From UHGV virus genome UHGV-1361494: DNA of 46,377 bases. One strand, given 5' to 3'. Positions within the stretch are counted from its first letter, which is position 1, and each line of letters opens with the position of its first letter. Source of the DNA: a virus. The notes below the pieces were generated by a model. It did not search any database. It saw nothing but the letters and a program-made list of their open reading frames with translations, and was not told the DNA's origin. Shown in pieces: positions 8,770-18,929 of this stretch. Position numbers and translations under genes: made by a program.

Positions 8770-9221
8770 TTTTTCCAGAAGGCGTTAAGGTATATGGAGA
8801 TTTAGATTACAGAAACAAAAAGTGCCCGTCAGAAGATGCTGAACTGGAGACCTTTGTTAATCAGATAAGGAAGCTATATCCTGACTTTGCAAGAGTTATG
8901 ATTCATGTTCCAAATGAAGGAAAGCGTAAAGGGTATGAAGTTGAAAACCTGAAGAAAAAGGGCGCGTTAAACTTCGGTGCCTCGGACATCATTATCATCG
9001 GAAAGCAATCATTCGTTATGGAGATGAAAAGAATGGATCATACTTTATCAAAATGGCAGCCAGGGCAAATGGCATACCTCAAGGCTGCAAAAGAATTAGA
9101 ATCCTTCGCGTGCGTATGTCTCGGTTGGGAAGCGGCGATGATGGCATTTAACGACTGGAGAGCAAAGAATTACCCAAACTATAAAAAACCATCAGAGCCA
9201 TTGATATTTGATGGCTTTTAG
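8766..9221 (+). CDS. VRR-NUC domain nuclease (PD-(D/E)xK superfamily)
   Basis: ORF 8754..9221; the likely start is ATG 8766, overlapping the helicase stop (ATGA). Motif ...GASDIIIIGKQSFVMEMKR (D...E-x-K). The helicase + VRR-NUC pair is a common phage cassette. The gene ends with an amber TAG at 9219-9221. Confidence 0.75.
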   Translation: MIFPEGVKVYGDLDYRNKKCPSEDAELETFVNQIRKLYPDFARVMIHVPNEGKRKGYEVENLKKKGALNFGASDIIIIGKQSFVMEMKRMDHTLSKWQPGQMAYLKAAKELESFACVCLGWEAAMMAFNDWRAKNYPNYKKPSEPLIFDGF

Positions 9222-9338
9222 CAACCACGCCAGCAATCAGGCCAACAACCTCAGAGACAACAGCAGCCACCAAAACAACAAAGCCAACAAGGAGGTAATG
9301 AGCCGCCGATGGATTTTGATGATGATATTCCGTTTTGA
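9222..9338 (+). pseudogene. remnant 3' end of a canonical ssb gene (Q-rich linker + NEPPMDFDDDIPF*), in frame after the VRR-NUC amber stop
   Basis: In-frame translation after TAG 9219-9221: QPRQQSGQQPQRQQQPPKQQSQQGGNEPPMDFDDDIPF*. The last 39 nt (9300-9338) match 5770-5808 at 37/39. It is followed by terminator 9341-9365, like the one after the real ssb. Confidence 0.6.
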
Positions 9339-9366
9339 TGAAGAAAGGGCCGAATGGCCCTTTTTG

Positions 9367-11829
9367 TTATCTCATTGTCATTACACGATATATTGCATCT
9401 TTTATTAAATACCCTCCAGTTTCCGGGGCGGGGTGGATACCGTCAGAAGCAAACCAGGGGTGTATCGAACCATAGGCATAATCTGCAGGGTTTTCGCCGA
9501 AGATATATTGCAGGTTTATAAACGCGCAATTCAGATCTGAGGCTACAGTCCTGGCCCTGGCTGCCATTGATGCCATCGTTACCGGGTTGTCAGTCCGCTC
9601 ATTCTCGCATGGCATGACAAACAGGATATCAGCGCCGGGCAACGTCGCCCGGATACGAGCAATAAAAGCGCGCAGGTTAGCTTCAAATGCAGTAGCGCCA
9701 CCAGTGATCCGCTGGTCGTTTGTACCAGTAAGGATGATAACGGTGTCCAACGCCATCTCGGCGAGAGCCTTTCCGAAATCAGTGGCGTCCATTGACAGCC
9801 ATGAAGCAAGACTTGAACCAGATGCGCCAAGCTTATGAACGCGCACACCAGAGCCAGTGCCAATCGGCTTTATCCCACATAACGATACCGTGCCAGATAC
9901 AACCTCAACGTTAATCACATTAGAGGCATTTACAGTAGCCGGTGGGTTAATATCAACAAACAGCAGTCCGCTACCTTGCACGTTGAGCGCCGTCCATTCC
10001 CCTCCATCCCAGTTATATCGAATAACACCGTCACTTGTACCCACAAAGCCCAGCCTGCAGGTTGACCACCCGCCGTCCGAGGTGCCAGGGACCGTAGCCT
10101 TCAGTGCATCCCCTGGTGTAGAGGACGTAACAACAGCAGTATCTGGACTGGAGTTGGTTGGGTTTTTCTTGCCGCTATAACTAAACAACCATGATCCTGT
10201 CCATGTGAATTGCGTTGGCAGGTCTCTGCTGACTGAGAAAATGTTGCCGTTAATTATTGATGCGGATGTGCTGTGACGGCCGAATGATACCCAGCCAACA
10301 CCAGGGCCGGATCCATATTTAGCACGAATCGCTTTTGCTAAAGGTTTCGCGAATCTTTCGGTTAATGTTCCCCATGAATCGCCAAAAATACCAACATTAA
10401 GAATGGCCGATACACCGGCTTCTAGTTGCCCCAATTTCATCCGAGTAACGCGAAGCTGATAGGCTCTCTCTACATAATCGACGACTGGGGCTGCTGTAGT
10501 TGGTATTAAAGACGGGTCCAGCTGTAATGCATATGGCTGGTAACTTGTGGATTCATTACCTTTTTCGAATTGCATTGTATCGAGTGCGGTATTTGCGACT
10601 GACATTCGTACATAAGCTGCCCCAGCAGGAATAGTTAAAGTCCTCGCTGTTGATGGAGATACAAGAGCAGCAACGCCAGAAATATAAGTTTTATTTGCAT
10701 CGTAGAAGGCTGTTTGATGCGAAAAACTTTGCGTGTAATTCTGACCCGCTGTTACAGGGATATAATCAGATGCAGAATACGAAGCGTTAGTGAGTAAATT
10801 ACCGGTCTTATAGTTAACATAATACCCCGATGTGACGGCAGCTTTATCAAAAAGGTTAACTCCTGGAATGAAAAATGATGCTTTATCCACTGTGACGGCG
10901 GCCTTTTGAATTGAAGAAGTAGTCACAACGTTGTTTTGCAGAGGCACTGCATAGGGGGCCACGGGTCTACCAGGCACAGTTGGATGTGCTTCGGATGTAG
11001 CAGACATCAAAAACACTGCGTCCAGCTCTACCGTACCAGCATTAGCGGTGTTTTCGACCCGCACATCCAGCATAACCGCACCAGATGGGACTGTTAGAGT
11101 GCGCAAATACCGATTGAACCCTGTTCCGGTGGCGGATAATAAATACTGTGTCCCTATAGCAGTACCAGACGCATTACGAAAAACAAAAGCAACGCGCCCA
11201 CCAGCATTGGCGTACCATGCGATAACATTTAAAGATATGGTATCCCCGACATCCACGGCACAATCGGCGAGCCATAATCTGCGAGCGGCAATTGCGCCCG
11301 CATCGGGTCCGGCCACAATAGCCGGGAAGCCTAATTTAGCATTGGTCGACAAAGCCGCGGTTAACGTTCCGCTAACAATGTGTGTTTTGCTTCCCACGGT
11401 AGGATTGGATAGCAATACCTCAAATAGCGGATCAAACAAAACATTCAAACCTGAATCAACGGCTTTTGATGCTTTGTCTACTGATTGTTGTGACGGCATT
11501 GCACGATCAGTTGCTGTTAGAGTACCAGCTACATTTTGATATTCCAGCGCCAGAGATGTACCCGAAGCATCGCGCACGTATGTGTAAGAGTTGACCGGTA
11601 TATTAGCAATATCAGCCCGTGCATCAGAAAGTGTCATATATTGCTTACCAAGAGGAATAAGATTTTTTCTTACCCCATCAATGGTATATCTTTCCACGCC
11701 GAATCTATCAGTGTACGTCTCACTACCTGAGTTTACAATCTCGTCAACTTTTTCACAGTTGTATCTAAAATCATTCAGGTCGTTAGACGGGACTGGCTTG
11801 TTAGTTGGGGTGGTAGCCATTGGCTGCAA
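9367..11829 (-). CDS. tail fibre/tailspike protein with C-terminal SGNH (GDSL) esterase domain
   Basis: 820 aa; last gene of the tail module. SGNH block I is NVGIFGDSWGTL, a GxND-like block is ILTGTNDQ, and block V is ASDGIHPAPETGGY (DxxH) near the C-terminus. The N-terminal ~450 aa are fibre-like, Thr/Ser/Ala/Gly-rich. Confidence 0.7.
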   Translation of the reverse strand: MQPMATTPTNKPVPSNDLNDFRYNCEKVDEIVNSGSETYTDRFGVERYTIDGVRKNLIPLGKQYMTLSDARADIANIPVNSYTYVRDASGTSLALEYQNVAGTLTATDRAMPSQQSVDKASKAVDSGLNVLFDPLFEVLLSNPTVGSKTHIVSGTLTAALSTNAKLGFPAIVAGPDAGAIAARRLWLADCAVDVGDTISLNVIAWYANAGGRVAFVFRNASGTAIGTQYLLSATGTGFNRYLRTLTVPSGAVMLDVRVENTANAGTVELDAVFLMSATSEAHPTVPGRPVAPYAVPLQNNVVTTSSIQKAAVTVDKASFFIPGVNLFDKAAVTSGYYVNYKTGNLLTNASYSASDYIPVTAGQNYTQSFSHQTAFYDANKTYISGVAALVSPSTARTLTIPAGAAYVRMSVANTALDTMQFEKGNESTSYQPYALQLDPSLIPTTAAPVVDYVERAYQLRVTRMKLGQLEAGVSAILNVGIFGDSWGTLTERFAKPLAKAIRAKYGSGPGVGWVSFGRHSTSASIINGNIFSVSRDLPTQFTWTGSWLFSYSGKKNPTNSSPDTAVVTSSTPGDALKATVPGTSDGGWSTCRLGFVGTSDGVIRYNWDGGEWTALNVQGSGLLFVDINPPATVNASNVINVEVVSGTVSLCGIKPIGTGSGVRVHKLGASGSSLASWLSMDATDFGKALAEMALDTVIILTGTNDQRITGGATAFEANLRAFIARIRATLPGADILFVMPCENERTDNPVTMASMAARARTVASDLNCAFINLQYIFGENPADYAYGSIHPWFASDGIHPAPETGGYLIKDAIYRVMTMR

Positions 11830-11858
11830 TCTCCGTAATCATTGATTGCCCTATTGTA

Positions 11859-14339
11859 TCATGCAACAGGGTTGGTGTAGGCGTACATGGCGTCATTGTA
11901 CTCAGTTACTGTAAGAGACACTGTGCCATCTGTACCTGGAGTTTTCTGGCTGACTGTCCATAAAGTTGAGTCAAGCTCAACCTCTGTTGAGATGGCATAT
12001 CTTGATTCTGACTGAACGTTAACACCGTCAAAAATGTTTAACTCGAAGTCAGATGGTAATGCGCACTCGAATGTATTCAATCCAGTAACGGTACAAGCCA
12101 ATCGATCTGACACATTTCCATTGGCGCCAGTTATAACTACAAACAGGCCACTTCCTGCCGTGATCTGTTCACTGGTGGTAAATACGTTTCCAGACCTTGA
12201 TCGGATAACGCCCGTCTGCTGCACTGAATCATAAATGTCGACAACAGAAATCATATCGCCAACGTTCACCCACTCACCATCAGCAAGCGCTTTTATCTCC
12301 ATTCCACGGCGTGAGTACATGAGACGGTTGCACTCAAGCATGGCCCGGTCTGTTGCCTGATATAGGTTTCGAACATATAGCATGTCGAATTTTTTCGGCT
12401 TAGTCGGCTCTCCCGGTTCGATACCAGATGTTCCAACTTTATAATAAACGTAAGCCTGTTTGTTGGTGTTTGGGTCGCGGTATTGAACACTTACGCCATC
12501 ATATGACCCTGGCAAAGTCATATCATAAGACATTTTATAGCCATCGGCCTGCGTATTTCTGGTATTGAACACGGTTTCAGGAGTTGATTTTTGCTCATCC
12601 CTTGAGAAAGACAAGACGCCATCATCCCAAAACACGGTTACACGCGCTGCATCACATATGGTCTGAATTCGTTCACCGATCGATTTATCCTCATCGTCAA
12701 ATGTGTAATCAAAATACCCAAGACGCTCATCAGGCAGTGCGTCAGCTATTTCATAGAGTCTTACCACGTCAATAGTGCTTTCAGGTTGACCAGCAGTAAT
12801 AATCCAGTTATGCAGCACTGAATCCGCAAAACTTCTCGATGGTCTTAACGCATAGTCGACTGCCCCCGTTGTTCTGTTATATCCAATAGTCCAGCGGGTA
12901 ATCAGCGCATTATATTTGCGCTCAGTGACTGATGTGGGCTGAAGCGTGGCCTTTACCGTCACTTTAACAAGGGTGTCATCAGGATAAACCACATTCTCGC
13001 GGATGTTGATGGCGTGCGCTGCCTGCAACGTTACGCGGTTGCCAGAGTTTGAGTTATTTGTCCTTTCAATGCTGATGGCGTACTTCGCCACCCCATAAGT
13101 GGGAGTAAACTTATACGTGCGATAGTAGGTTTTTGTTGTCTGAGTAAATGGGTTGTCAATGCTGTCTGCGAGCTGCTCCTCAGTTCCTGGAATGGCATCC
13201 CCATTATCATCAACCGCCCATACCTTGATCAGATAATCTGCCGTGCCACTGGTAGGGCCAAGCTCAGACTGAACGTGAACCCAAACCTGCGTAGACTCCA
13301 CGGCTCCAACATATGGGCCAACAACAAGCGCCTCATTATCCACAATCTGGAAATAAGTATTATTGATGGTTGCGCCGCTCAGGTTTCCAAGATTTGCGCC
13401 AGTCAGGTTATTGAAGGTGAAATTATAAAAATACTGAATATCAGGCGCAGTTCCTGTCTCAGTTTCCTCGGCGGAAATGATGTTGCCGCTAAGCTCAATG
13501 TTTTTGGTTACAGTACCTGACGTTGTGCTGTAAGTTATATTTATTGTTAATGTTACTGAATGAGGAAGAGACAGCCCCATAAAGTAATCGAAATCGGTGT
13601 TTTTTGGTATGACCATCAACAGCTGACCGCCAGCGTAATTTCCGCTGGTAACAGATGTCGTGGTTGCTGTCTCTGTCGGGGTGTCTTCCGATTCATTAAG
13701 CCCTGGAACCTCCTGACCATCAAGTCCGTCGAACTGGTAAGGCTCAATGATTTGTCCGATAGCATCGCCTGGATTGTAGATGACGTGACTTGCCCCCGGC
13801 AGGGAGCCAAGATTAGTTTCCGCATAGCGAACCGAAGAAATGGTGTATTTACCAAGGCCAAAGTTCATGAACTCAGTGACATACTTCAGGTCGTCAATGT
13901 ATTCGAATAATGACTCCTGAATCAGATCAGGGAATGCCCTTACCTGCCCGAAGTTGTCAGGCCTTGCCTCTCCGTTTCGCGCGATATTGGTCTGCGATTT
14001 CAGGCTGTTATTGGGTGATTCAACGGTTGTACCAGTGCTGGTTGATGGCGTTGATGCTTTAGGCAGCAGGAAAGAAAGCACCTTAGTTACAGGTTTTAGT
14101 ATCGTACTGATAAGGTCGCCAATGGCGCCGCGAGGCTGACAGTAAATGTTAACAATATCGTTTTGCTTTAACGATATCGACAATTCATCATCAGGGCCAA
14201 AAATGCGGCCATTCAGCGCAATCCTGATATCAGATGGAAGGCCGGAATTCTCCAGCCATCGCCACAGATTAGTGCCAGCAGGAACATTACCCGTCTCTTT
14301 TGGAACACCTGGCATCTTCTGAATGTGAATAACCGGCAT
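11859..14339 (-). CDS. tail tip/host specificity protein (lambda J-like) with N-terminal gpI-like region
   Basis: 826 aa, directly downstream of the NlpC/P60 K-like gene in lambda order (M-L-K-I-J). Large beta-rich protein. Confidence 0.6.
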   Translation of the reverse strand: MPVIHIQKMPGVPKETGNVPAGTNLWRWLENSGLPSDIRIALNGRIFGPDDELSISLKQNDIVNIYCQPRGAIGDLISTILKPVTKVLSFLLPKASTPSTSTGTTVESPNNSLKSQTNIARNGEARPDNFGQVRAFPDLIQESLFEYIDDLKYVTEFMNFGLGKYTISSVRYAETNLGSLPGASHVIYNPGDAIGQIIEPYQFDGLDGQEVPGLNESEDTPTETATTTSVTSGNYAGGQLLMVIPKNTDFDYFMGLSLPHSVTLTINITYSTTSGTVTKNIELSGNIISAEETETGTAPDIQYFYNFTFNNLTGANLGNLSGATINNTYFQIVDNEALVVGPYVGAVESTQVWVHVQSELGPTSGTADYLIKVWAVDDNGDAIPGTEEQLADSIDNPFTQTTKTYYRTYKFTPTYGVAKYAISIERTNNSNSGNRVTLQAAHAINIRENVVYPDDTLVKVTVKATLQPTSVTERKYNALITRWTIGYNRTTGAVDYALRPSRSFADSVLHNWIITAGQPESTIDVVRLYEIADALPDERLGYFDYTFDDEDKSIGERIQTICDAARVTVFWDDGVLSFSRDEQKSTPETVFNTRNTQADGYKMSYDMTLPGSYDGVSVQYRDPNTNKQAYVYYKVGTSGIEPGEPTKPKKFDMLYVRNLYQATDRAMLECNRLMYSRRGMEIKALADGEWVNVGDMISVVDIYDSVQQTGVIRSRSGNVFTTSEQITAGSGLFVVITGANGNVSDRLACTVTGLNTFECALPSDFELNIFDGVNVQSESRYAISTEVELDSTLWTVSQKTPGTDGTVSLTVTEYNDAMYAYTNPVA

Positions 14340-14766
14340 AAGTCAGGAACCTTAATTTTGTTGATAATTTTTCGAGTGTTTTAAGGCGGTCTGTCTTGAC
14401 TGCCGTTTTCTCTCGCGCATGCAGTATTTTATCACGCCCCCACCATAGCGCGACATGTACCGGATGACTCCCTCTATAGGCGACCACCACATCACCGACT
14501 TTTGGTATCGTGGTTTCTCGCCAGAACTCAACCTCATTATCAAAGCAGGTGACAAAGTCGCCACCTGTTGAATATGAATCATCATGGTGAACATTGACAT
14601 TCATGCACAGGCGATAGAACAGCACTACCAGCCCCCAGCAGTCCACTGCATCAACGTGACAACACCTGTCGACGTATGGCTTACCAGTCATCATTCTTTC
14701 AAAATCGTCAAACGGTACGCAGCCCTGGGAATTCTGTGATGTCATAAAGTTTTGCCACGTTGCCAT
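14287..14766 (-). CDS. tail assembly protein K-like, NlpC/P60 (JAB/MPN-adjacent) cysteine peptidase domain
   Basis: 159 aa. Motif [15 protein letters not shown] (catalytic Cys) and a downstream His ([12 protein letters not shown]) match the NlpC/P60 of lambda gpK-like proteins. Its ends overlap the neighbouring genes. Confidence 0.6.
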   Translation of the reverse strand: MATWQNFMTSQNSQGCVPFDDFERMMTGKPYVDRCCHVDAVDCWGLVVLFYRLCMNVNVHHDDSYSTGGDFVTCFDNEVEFWRETTIPKVGDVVVAYRGSHPVHVALWWGRDKILHAREKTAVKTDRLKTLEKLSTKLRFLTYAGYSHSEDARCSKRDG

Positions 14767-15178
14767 TAATTGGGTTTTTTATGGAGATGGAGACAGTTAC
14801 ATCAGACTGATCAAGCGTCACATCGTTCACATAAAGCGTATATGGTTTTAATGGTGTGTCTTTGTCGGTCTCGTCAAAACGCTGGTATAACGCAGTGATA
14901 GGCTCAATGCGTCCAGAACCTGACCATAACTTTAAATATTGCTTAAAGTCATTAGCCAGTCGCGCAAACTTCAACGTGGCATTGATTACCGGTGTGTTCG
15001 ATTGCTGGCTTCTGGTTACATCCATGCGCACTGGCTGGTAAGACTGACCGCCAAGTACAATATCAGAAAACTCATTGCCAACTAACCGGACGTAACCAAA
15101 TGAAGAATGATAAAAGGTTATGGTGTCATACAGTTTCCAGTTTGGCCTTTTCGACTGGTATTCACGTAATGTTGGCAT
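14708..15178 (-). CDS. minor tail protein (gpL-like position)
   Basis: 156 aa; synteny between the M-like and K-like genes. Confidence 0.45.
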   Translation of the reverse strand: MPTLREYQSKRPNWKLYDTITFYHSSFGYVRLVGNEFSDIVLGGQSYQPVRMDVTRSQQSNTPVINATLKFARLANDFKQYLKLWSGSGRIEPITALYQRFDETDKDTPLKPYTLYVNDVTLDQSDVTVSISIKNPINGNVAKLYDITEFPGLRTV

Positions 15179-15648
15179 TATGGATACTCCGGCCAGTCTC
15201 TGTTAACAATTTCATCGAGCCACAATCTTTGGCTTGGTGGATATTCAACGATAATATCATCAGAGCCATCATCACTATTATTTAACGTTTTTGCTATCAC
15301 GTTTCCTGTCCATGTTACGACGCCACCATTGATGCTGGTTTGAACGGGATAGTCAGTAAAATGCAATGTCTGGTTTTGTCTTCCACTACCCCCAAGATCA
15401 ACATCCATTGTAAACCATTCGTTGCATTTATTGAGATACTTGGGACTCCTTAACCACTGCATGAAAGCCCGGTCTTGCTCCAGAGTAAAAACCCACGTCA
15501 AACTCCATGTTACTGCAACATCGGTAGTTAACTTTTGAAATATTGGCGCCCCAACCGCAGGCTGATCGCTGCGGAATGGGGTTTGAGTCGTCATGTTCTT
15601 GCTGGCCCGCTGCGCCAGCGGAAGCCATGATGGGTAAGCTATAGCCAT
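15178..15648 (-). CDS. minor tail protein (gpM-like distal tail protein position)
   Basis: 156 aa, immediately downstream of the tape measure gene, with a start/stop overlap at 15648. Confidence 0.45.
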   Translation of the reverse strand: MAIAYPSWLPLAQRASKNMTTQTPFRSDQPAVGAPIFQKLTTDVAVTWSLTWVFTLEQDRAFMQWLRSPKYLNKCNEWFTMDVDLGGSGRQNQTLHFTDYPVQTSINGGVVTWTGNVIAKTLNNSDDGSDDIIVEYPPSQRLWLDEIVNRDWPEYP

Positions 15649-18600
15649 TATTCTGTCGCCCTTCTGGTTGCAGTGGTGTGACTGGTAATCGCGTTTGAGA
15701 TCGGGCCTCCAGCCTCGATATCTGCCACAATCGTCTCAATTGTAACAGACCCGTCACCATTATCTCTCGCTGTTGATGATGCTGTTGCTCCGCTGCTGTT
15801 ATTGATGACATTATTATTAATCACAATACCACCGCCGCTGCCGGTAAGGTCTTTGTTGCTGATAACCCTCCCTGAATCTCCAGGAATCATGTATTGATGT
15901 CCATTTGAAGCCTGGAATATCTCAGGTAGGTTGTTCTCGCCAACTCTGTACATTGATCCAGCCTGCGCAGGGCCACCATTCTTTAATGCCCCGGCAACAG
16001 ACATTGCTTTAGCCACACCAACCGTAGAAGCAATACCAGCCTGAGCTGGGATTGCGTTAGCTCCAGATGTAGCAAGCGAGGTCATCGCTGCTGCTGGCGC
16101 CATAGCCGCTGCTATTCCTGCCGCCTGAGCGGCGGTTGCGGCAGATGCTGCTGCCATTCCTGCCTGTCCCATGATTACTGATTTAAGCCACTCCACGCCC
16201 ATCTGAACGAATGAGTTAATCACGGCGTTTAACACAGTGCTGCCAATTGACTGTAGCGCCTCGCTAACAGACATTGAACCAGTCAGGATGCCAGTTAAGG
16301 CATTACTTGCAGTTTGTCCAAAAGCATCAAATGCAGCAGCAGCCGCCTGCGTAGCCGCATTCTGCTGACTCCACTCCTGCCACATGGCATCAAGGCGCTG
16401 CTGGCGGTATTGCTCCTCAATTGCTGCTCTGGCCTGCTCAACCTCCGCTATCTTTTGCGGGTAAGCTACTGCGTAAGCATTAAGCGCTGCTAAATCCTTC
16501 TGATAGTTTGTTTCAACGGCAAACATTGGTGATGTCTGCGATTTTAATGCAGCGAATCCTTTTACAGCTTCGACCCTTTGTTTCTCCGCCTCTGCCTGAG
16601 CCTTTATCGCGTTGGCATTATCCCATGCCTTAGCCTTGTACTCTCCAGCGAGCCTTATTTGCTCCTCTGTGGCGCCTTTTCCTAATGATTGTTGTGCCTG
16701 TAGTATTGCTTGCTCTCGACTTAGCTCTCTTGTGCTATCTGCTGTTAGCAATGATTCTTGCCGCAGTTGCTCAAGTTTGTTGGCGATATTCTCCTGCTCT
16801 GTGGCGGCTTTTTGGGCCGCTGATTGAGAATCATTTTGCGCTTTTTCTCTTGCTTTCTCAGCCTCAGTTAAATCATATATCTGACCTGCAAGCTCAGCAG
16901 CTCTGGCTATCTGATTGGGGTTATCAGTTACCTTAGCTGCCTCCATTCTCGCCTTTGTTACTGCCCTTTGTCTTTCATCCTGTATTTTTAAAAGTTGGTT
17001 TTGCTCCTCAAGATTGAGGATTATCTTGTCAGCTTCTTCTGTTGGGGGCGACACTTGCAAGGATTTTGGGTTGAAGTTTTGGCCTGCCTGATTTGCTCGG
17101 TTTATCTCATCGGCAGTCAGGCCAAATGCTCTTGCTACAGCGCCCTGCACCCTTTCAAGCGTTGATCCCTTCTCAATCAGGCTGTCATGCACACCCATAG
17201 ACGTGAGCATGTTGTTTGTAAGGGTTCTGCGTGCTTCAGATGCGGCTTCCTGAGTTCTTGCTAGTTTTTCCTTGGCGTTCGCAAGGTCGCGCGATTTTTG
17301 ATTCAGTTCATCAGTTTTATCTGATGCGATTTTTAGTAACCCGTTTCCTTGCTCTATTGTTGTTCCGAACAGCTTTCCTCTTGCGGTATAGTCATCAATC
17401 TCACCTTTAAGTTTATCAATGCTGTCTTCAAGATCCCTTACATATTCCTCTTGTGCCTGAATAGACTTATTAGCGTCGGCAATTACCCCCCTTAGCTGGG
17501 TGTTATTCATCGCCTTCATTGACTCGTTAACTTGATCCAAGCTATCAGCAAAGCGAATGGATTCTTCTCTGGCCTGCTGCGCTTTTTGCCAGAAGTAGAA
17601 AATTGCCCCCGCCGCTAACGTCGCCGCTCCTGCTGGGCCGCCTATCAATGAAAGCGCCCCTCTGGCAAGGCCAACCCCTACCGAAGCTGCTCTGGCCGCA
17701 GATGCCGCTCTCGCTGATGCCGCGGCCTGTGCGTTTTCAGCTTGCGCCAAAGACAATGATGCGGCGCTCGCTCTGGACTTTGCAGCTATAAGAGCATCAA
17801 GAGCCAGCGCCTCGGCTGCACTGCCTTTTGCTACGTTATATTCAGCCTGGGCAAGTGCGACAGATGATAGTGCCGCCTCTTTATCAGCGAAAGCTTTTCT
17901 CTGGGTGGCATTGGCGGCAAAGAGTGCAGATTGTGCCTGCTGATTCTCAGCTATTAATTGCTGTCTTGATGCCGCTATATCTGATATTTTCGCGGCAGTG
18001 GACATTGCCAGCGCGCCAACATACCGACTTCCCATTATGCCAGCTACAATGATAAGGGCGCCGCTCAGCGTCTCAAGGTTCTCACTTATTGTGATGACAG
18101 AGTCTCGGAACCCTGCTGCAAATGATTTAACCGTCGAGTTTTCGCCAAAGAACTTCGTTACGTTGTTGCCGGCTACCTGCAATCCCTTGGCGATTGAGAC
18201 GGTGGTGTTGGCAAATTCTTTGCCGATGGCATCCCCTTGTGACAGAAGCCCCTTAACTACAACGTCTGTTGTTAGCTGCCCCTGAGCGGCCATAGCCCTC
18301 AACTGACCGATAGAAACACCCATCGAATCAGCCAGAGCTACCATGAGGCGGCTGCCTTGCTCTGACACTGAGTTAAACTCCTCGCCGCGCAGAACGCCGG
18401 AAGCGATACCCTGTGATAGCTGAATGATTGCGTTCTCAGCTTCCTGAGCTGTTGCACCGGATACTGCAAACCCCTGATTGATAATAGTGGTCAGGCGGAC
18501 TAAATCTTCCGCGCTGGTGTTGTACGCCCTGGTTCCTCGCTCAAGTCTGGCGTAAAGAGTCGCCGTGCCGTTAAGGGATGACTGGGTTGCTTGTGAAACA

Positions 18601-18929
18601 TCAAAGATCCGCTGCATAACTTCGGTCTGCGTCTCTCCAGTACGAACCGAGTTAGCTACCTTGTTATTTAGTTCAGTCCAGGCATCGGCGTAACTCGCAA
18701 CCTGTTGCACAGAAAGCGCCGCGAACAATCCCTTGGCAACGCCAGAAAGGCTGGACATTGTTCGTTCCATCGATCCAATAGAGCGCTCTGTCCTGTTTAC
18801 ACTGGCCTCAAGTCGCCCCATGTTCCCGCTAAGGCCATTTAGCATTGACTGCAATTCACGACTACCAGCTGCTAACTGAGATGTGTCAATGCCAACCTCA
18901 TAGATAATGCCGCCAACTGTTTCTGCCAT
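15648..18929 (-). CDS. tail tape measure protein
   Basis: 1093 aa, highly Ala/Gln/Glu-rich with long predicted coiled coils, hydrophobic Gly/Ala-rich segments (AAGAIFYFW; C-terminal MAAASAATAAQAAGIAAAMAPAAAMT). Its position between the chaperone and minor tail genes is canonical. Confidence 0.85.
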   Translation of the reverse strand: MAETVGGIIYEVGIDTSQLAAGSRELQSMLNGLSGNMGRLEASVNRTERSIGSMERTMSSLSGVAKGLFAALSVQQVASYADAWTELNNKVANSVRTGETQTEVMQRIFDVSQATQSSLNGTATLYARLERGTRAYNTSAEDLVRLTTIINQGFAVSGATAQEAENAIIQLSQGIASGVLRGEEFNSVSEQGSRLMVALADSMGVSIGQLRAMAAQGQLTTDVVVKGLLSQGDAIGKEFANTTVSIAKGLQVAGNNVTKFFGENSTVKSFAAGFRDSVITISENLETLSGALIIVAGIMGSRYVGALAMSTAAKISDIAASRQQLIAENQQAQSALFAANATQRKAFADKEAALSSVALAQAEYNVAKGSAAEALALDALIAAKSRASAASLSLAQAENAQAAASARAASAARAASVGVGLARGALSLIGGPAGAATLAAGAIFYFWQKAQQAREESIRFADSLDQVNESMKAMNNTQLRGVIADANKSIQAQEEYVRDLEDSIDKLKGEIDDYTARGKLFGTTIEQGNGLLKIASDKTDELNQKSRDLANAKEKLARTQEAASEARRTLTNNMLTSMGVHDSLIEKGSTLERVQGAVARAFGLTADEINRANQAGQNFNPKSLQVSPPTEEADKIILNLEEQNQLLKIQDERQRAVTKARMEAAKVTDNPNQIARAAELAGQIYDLTEAEKAREKAQNDSQSAAQKAATEQENIANKLEQLRQESLLTADSTRELSREQAILQAQQSLGKGATEEQIRLAGEYKAKAWDNANAIKAQAEAEKQRVEAVKGFAALKSQTSPMFAVETNYQKDLAALNAYAVAYPQKIAEVEQARAAIEEQYRQQRLDAMWQEWSQQNAATQAAAAAFDAFGQTASNALTGILTGSMSVSEALQSIGSTVLNAVINSFVQMGVEWLKSVIMGQAGMAAASAATAAQAAGIAAAMAPAAAMTSLATSGANAIPAQAGIASTVGVAKAMSVAGALKNGGPAQAGSMYRVGENNLPEIFQASNGHQYMIPGDSGRVISNKDLTGSGGGIVINNNVINNSSGATASSTARDNGDGSVTIETIVADIEAGGPISNAITSHTTATRRATE

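Noticed and set aside
16612-18285. Several 60-95-aa plus-strand ORFs inside the tape measure gene
   Set aside because: They are antisense to a 1093-aa gene with strong repeat structure. They are compositionally biased shadow frames.
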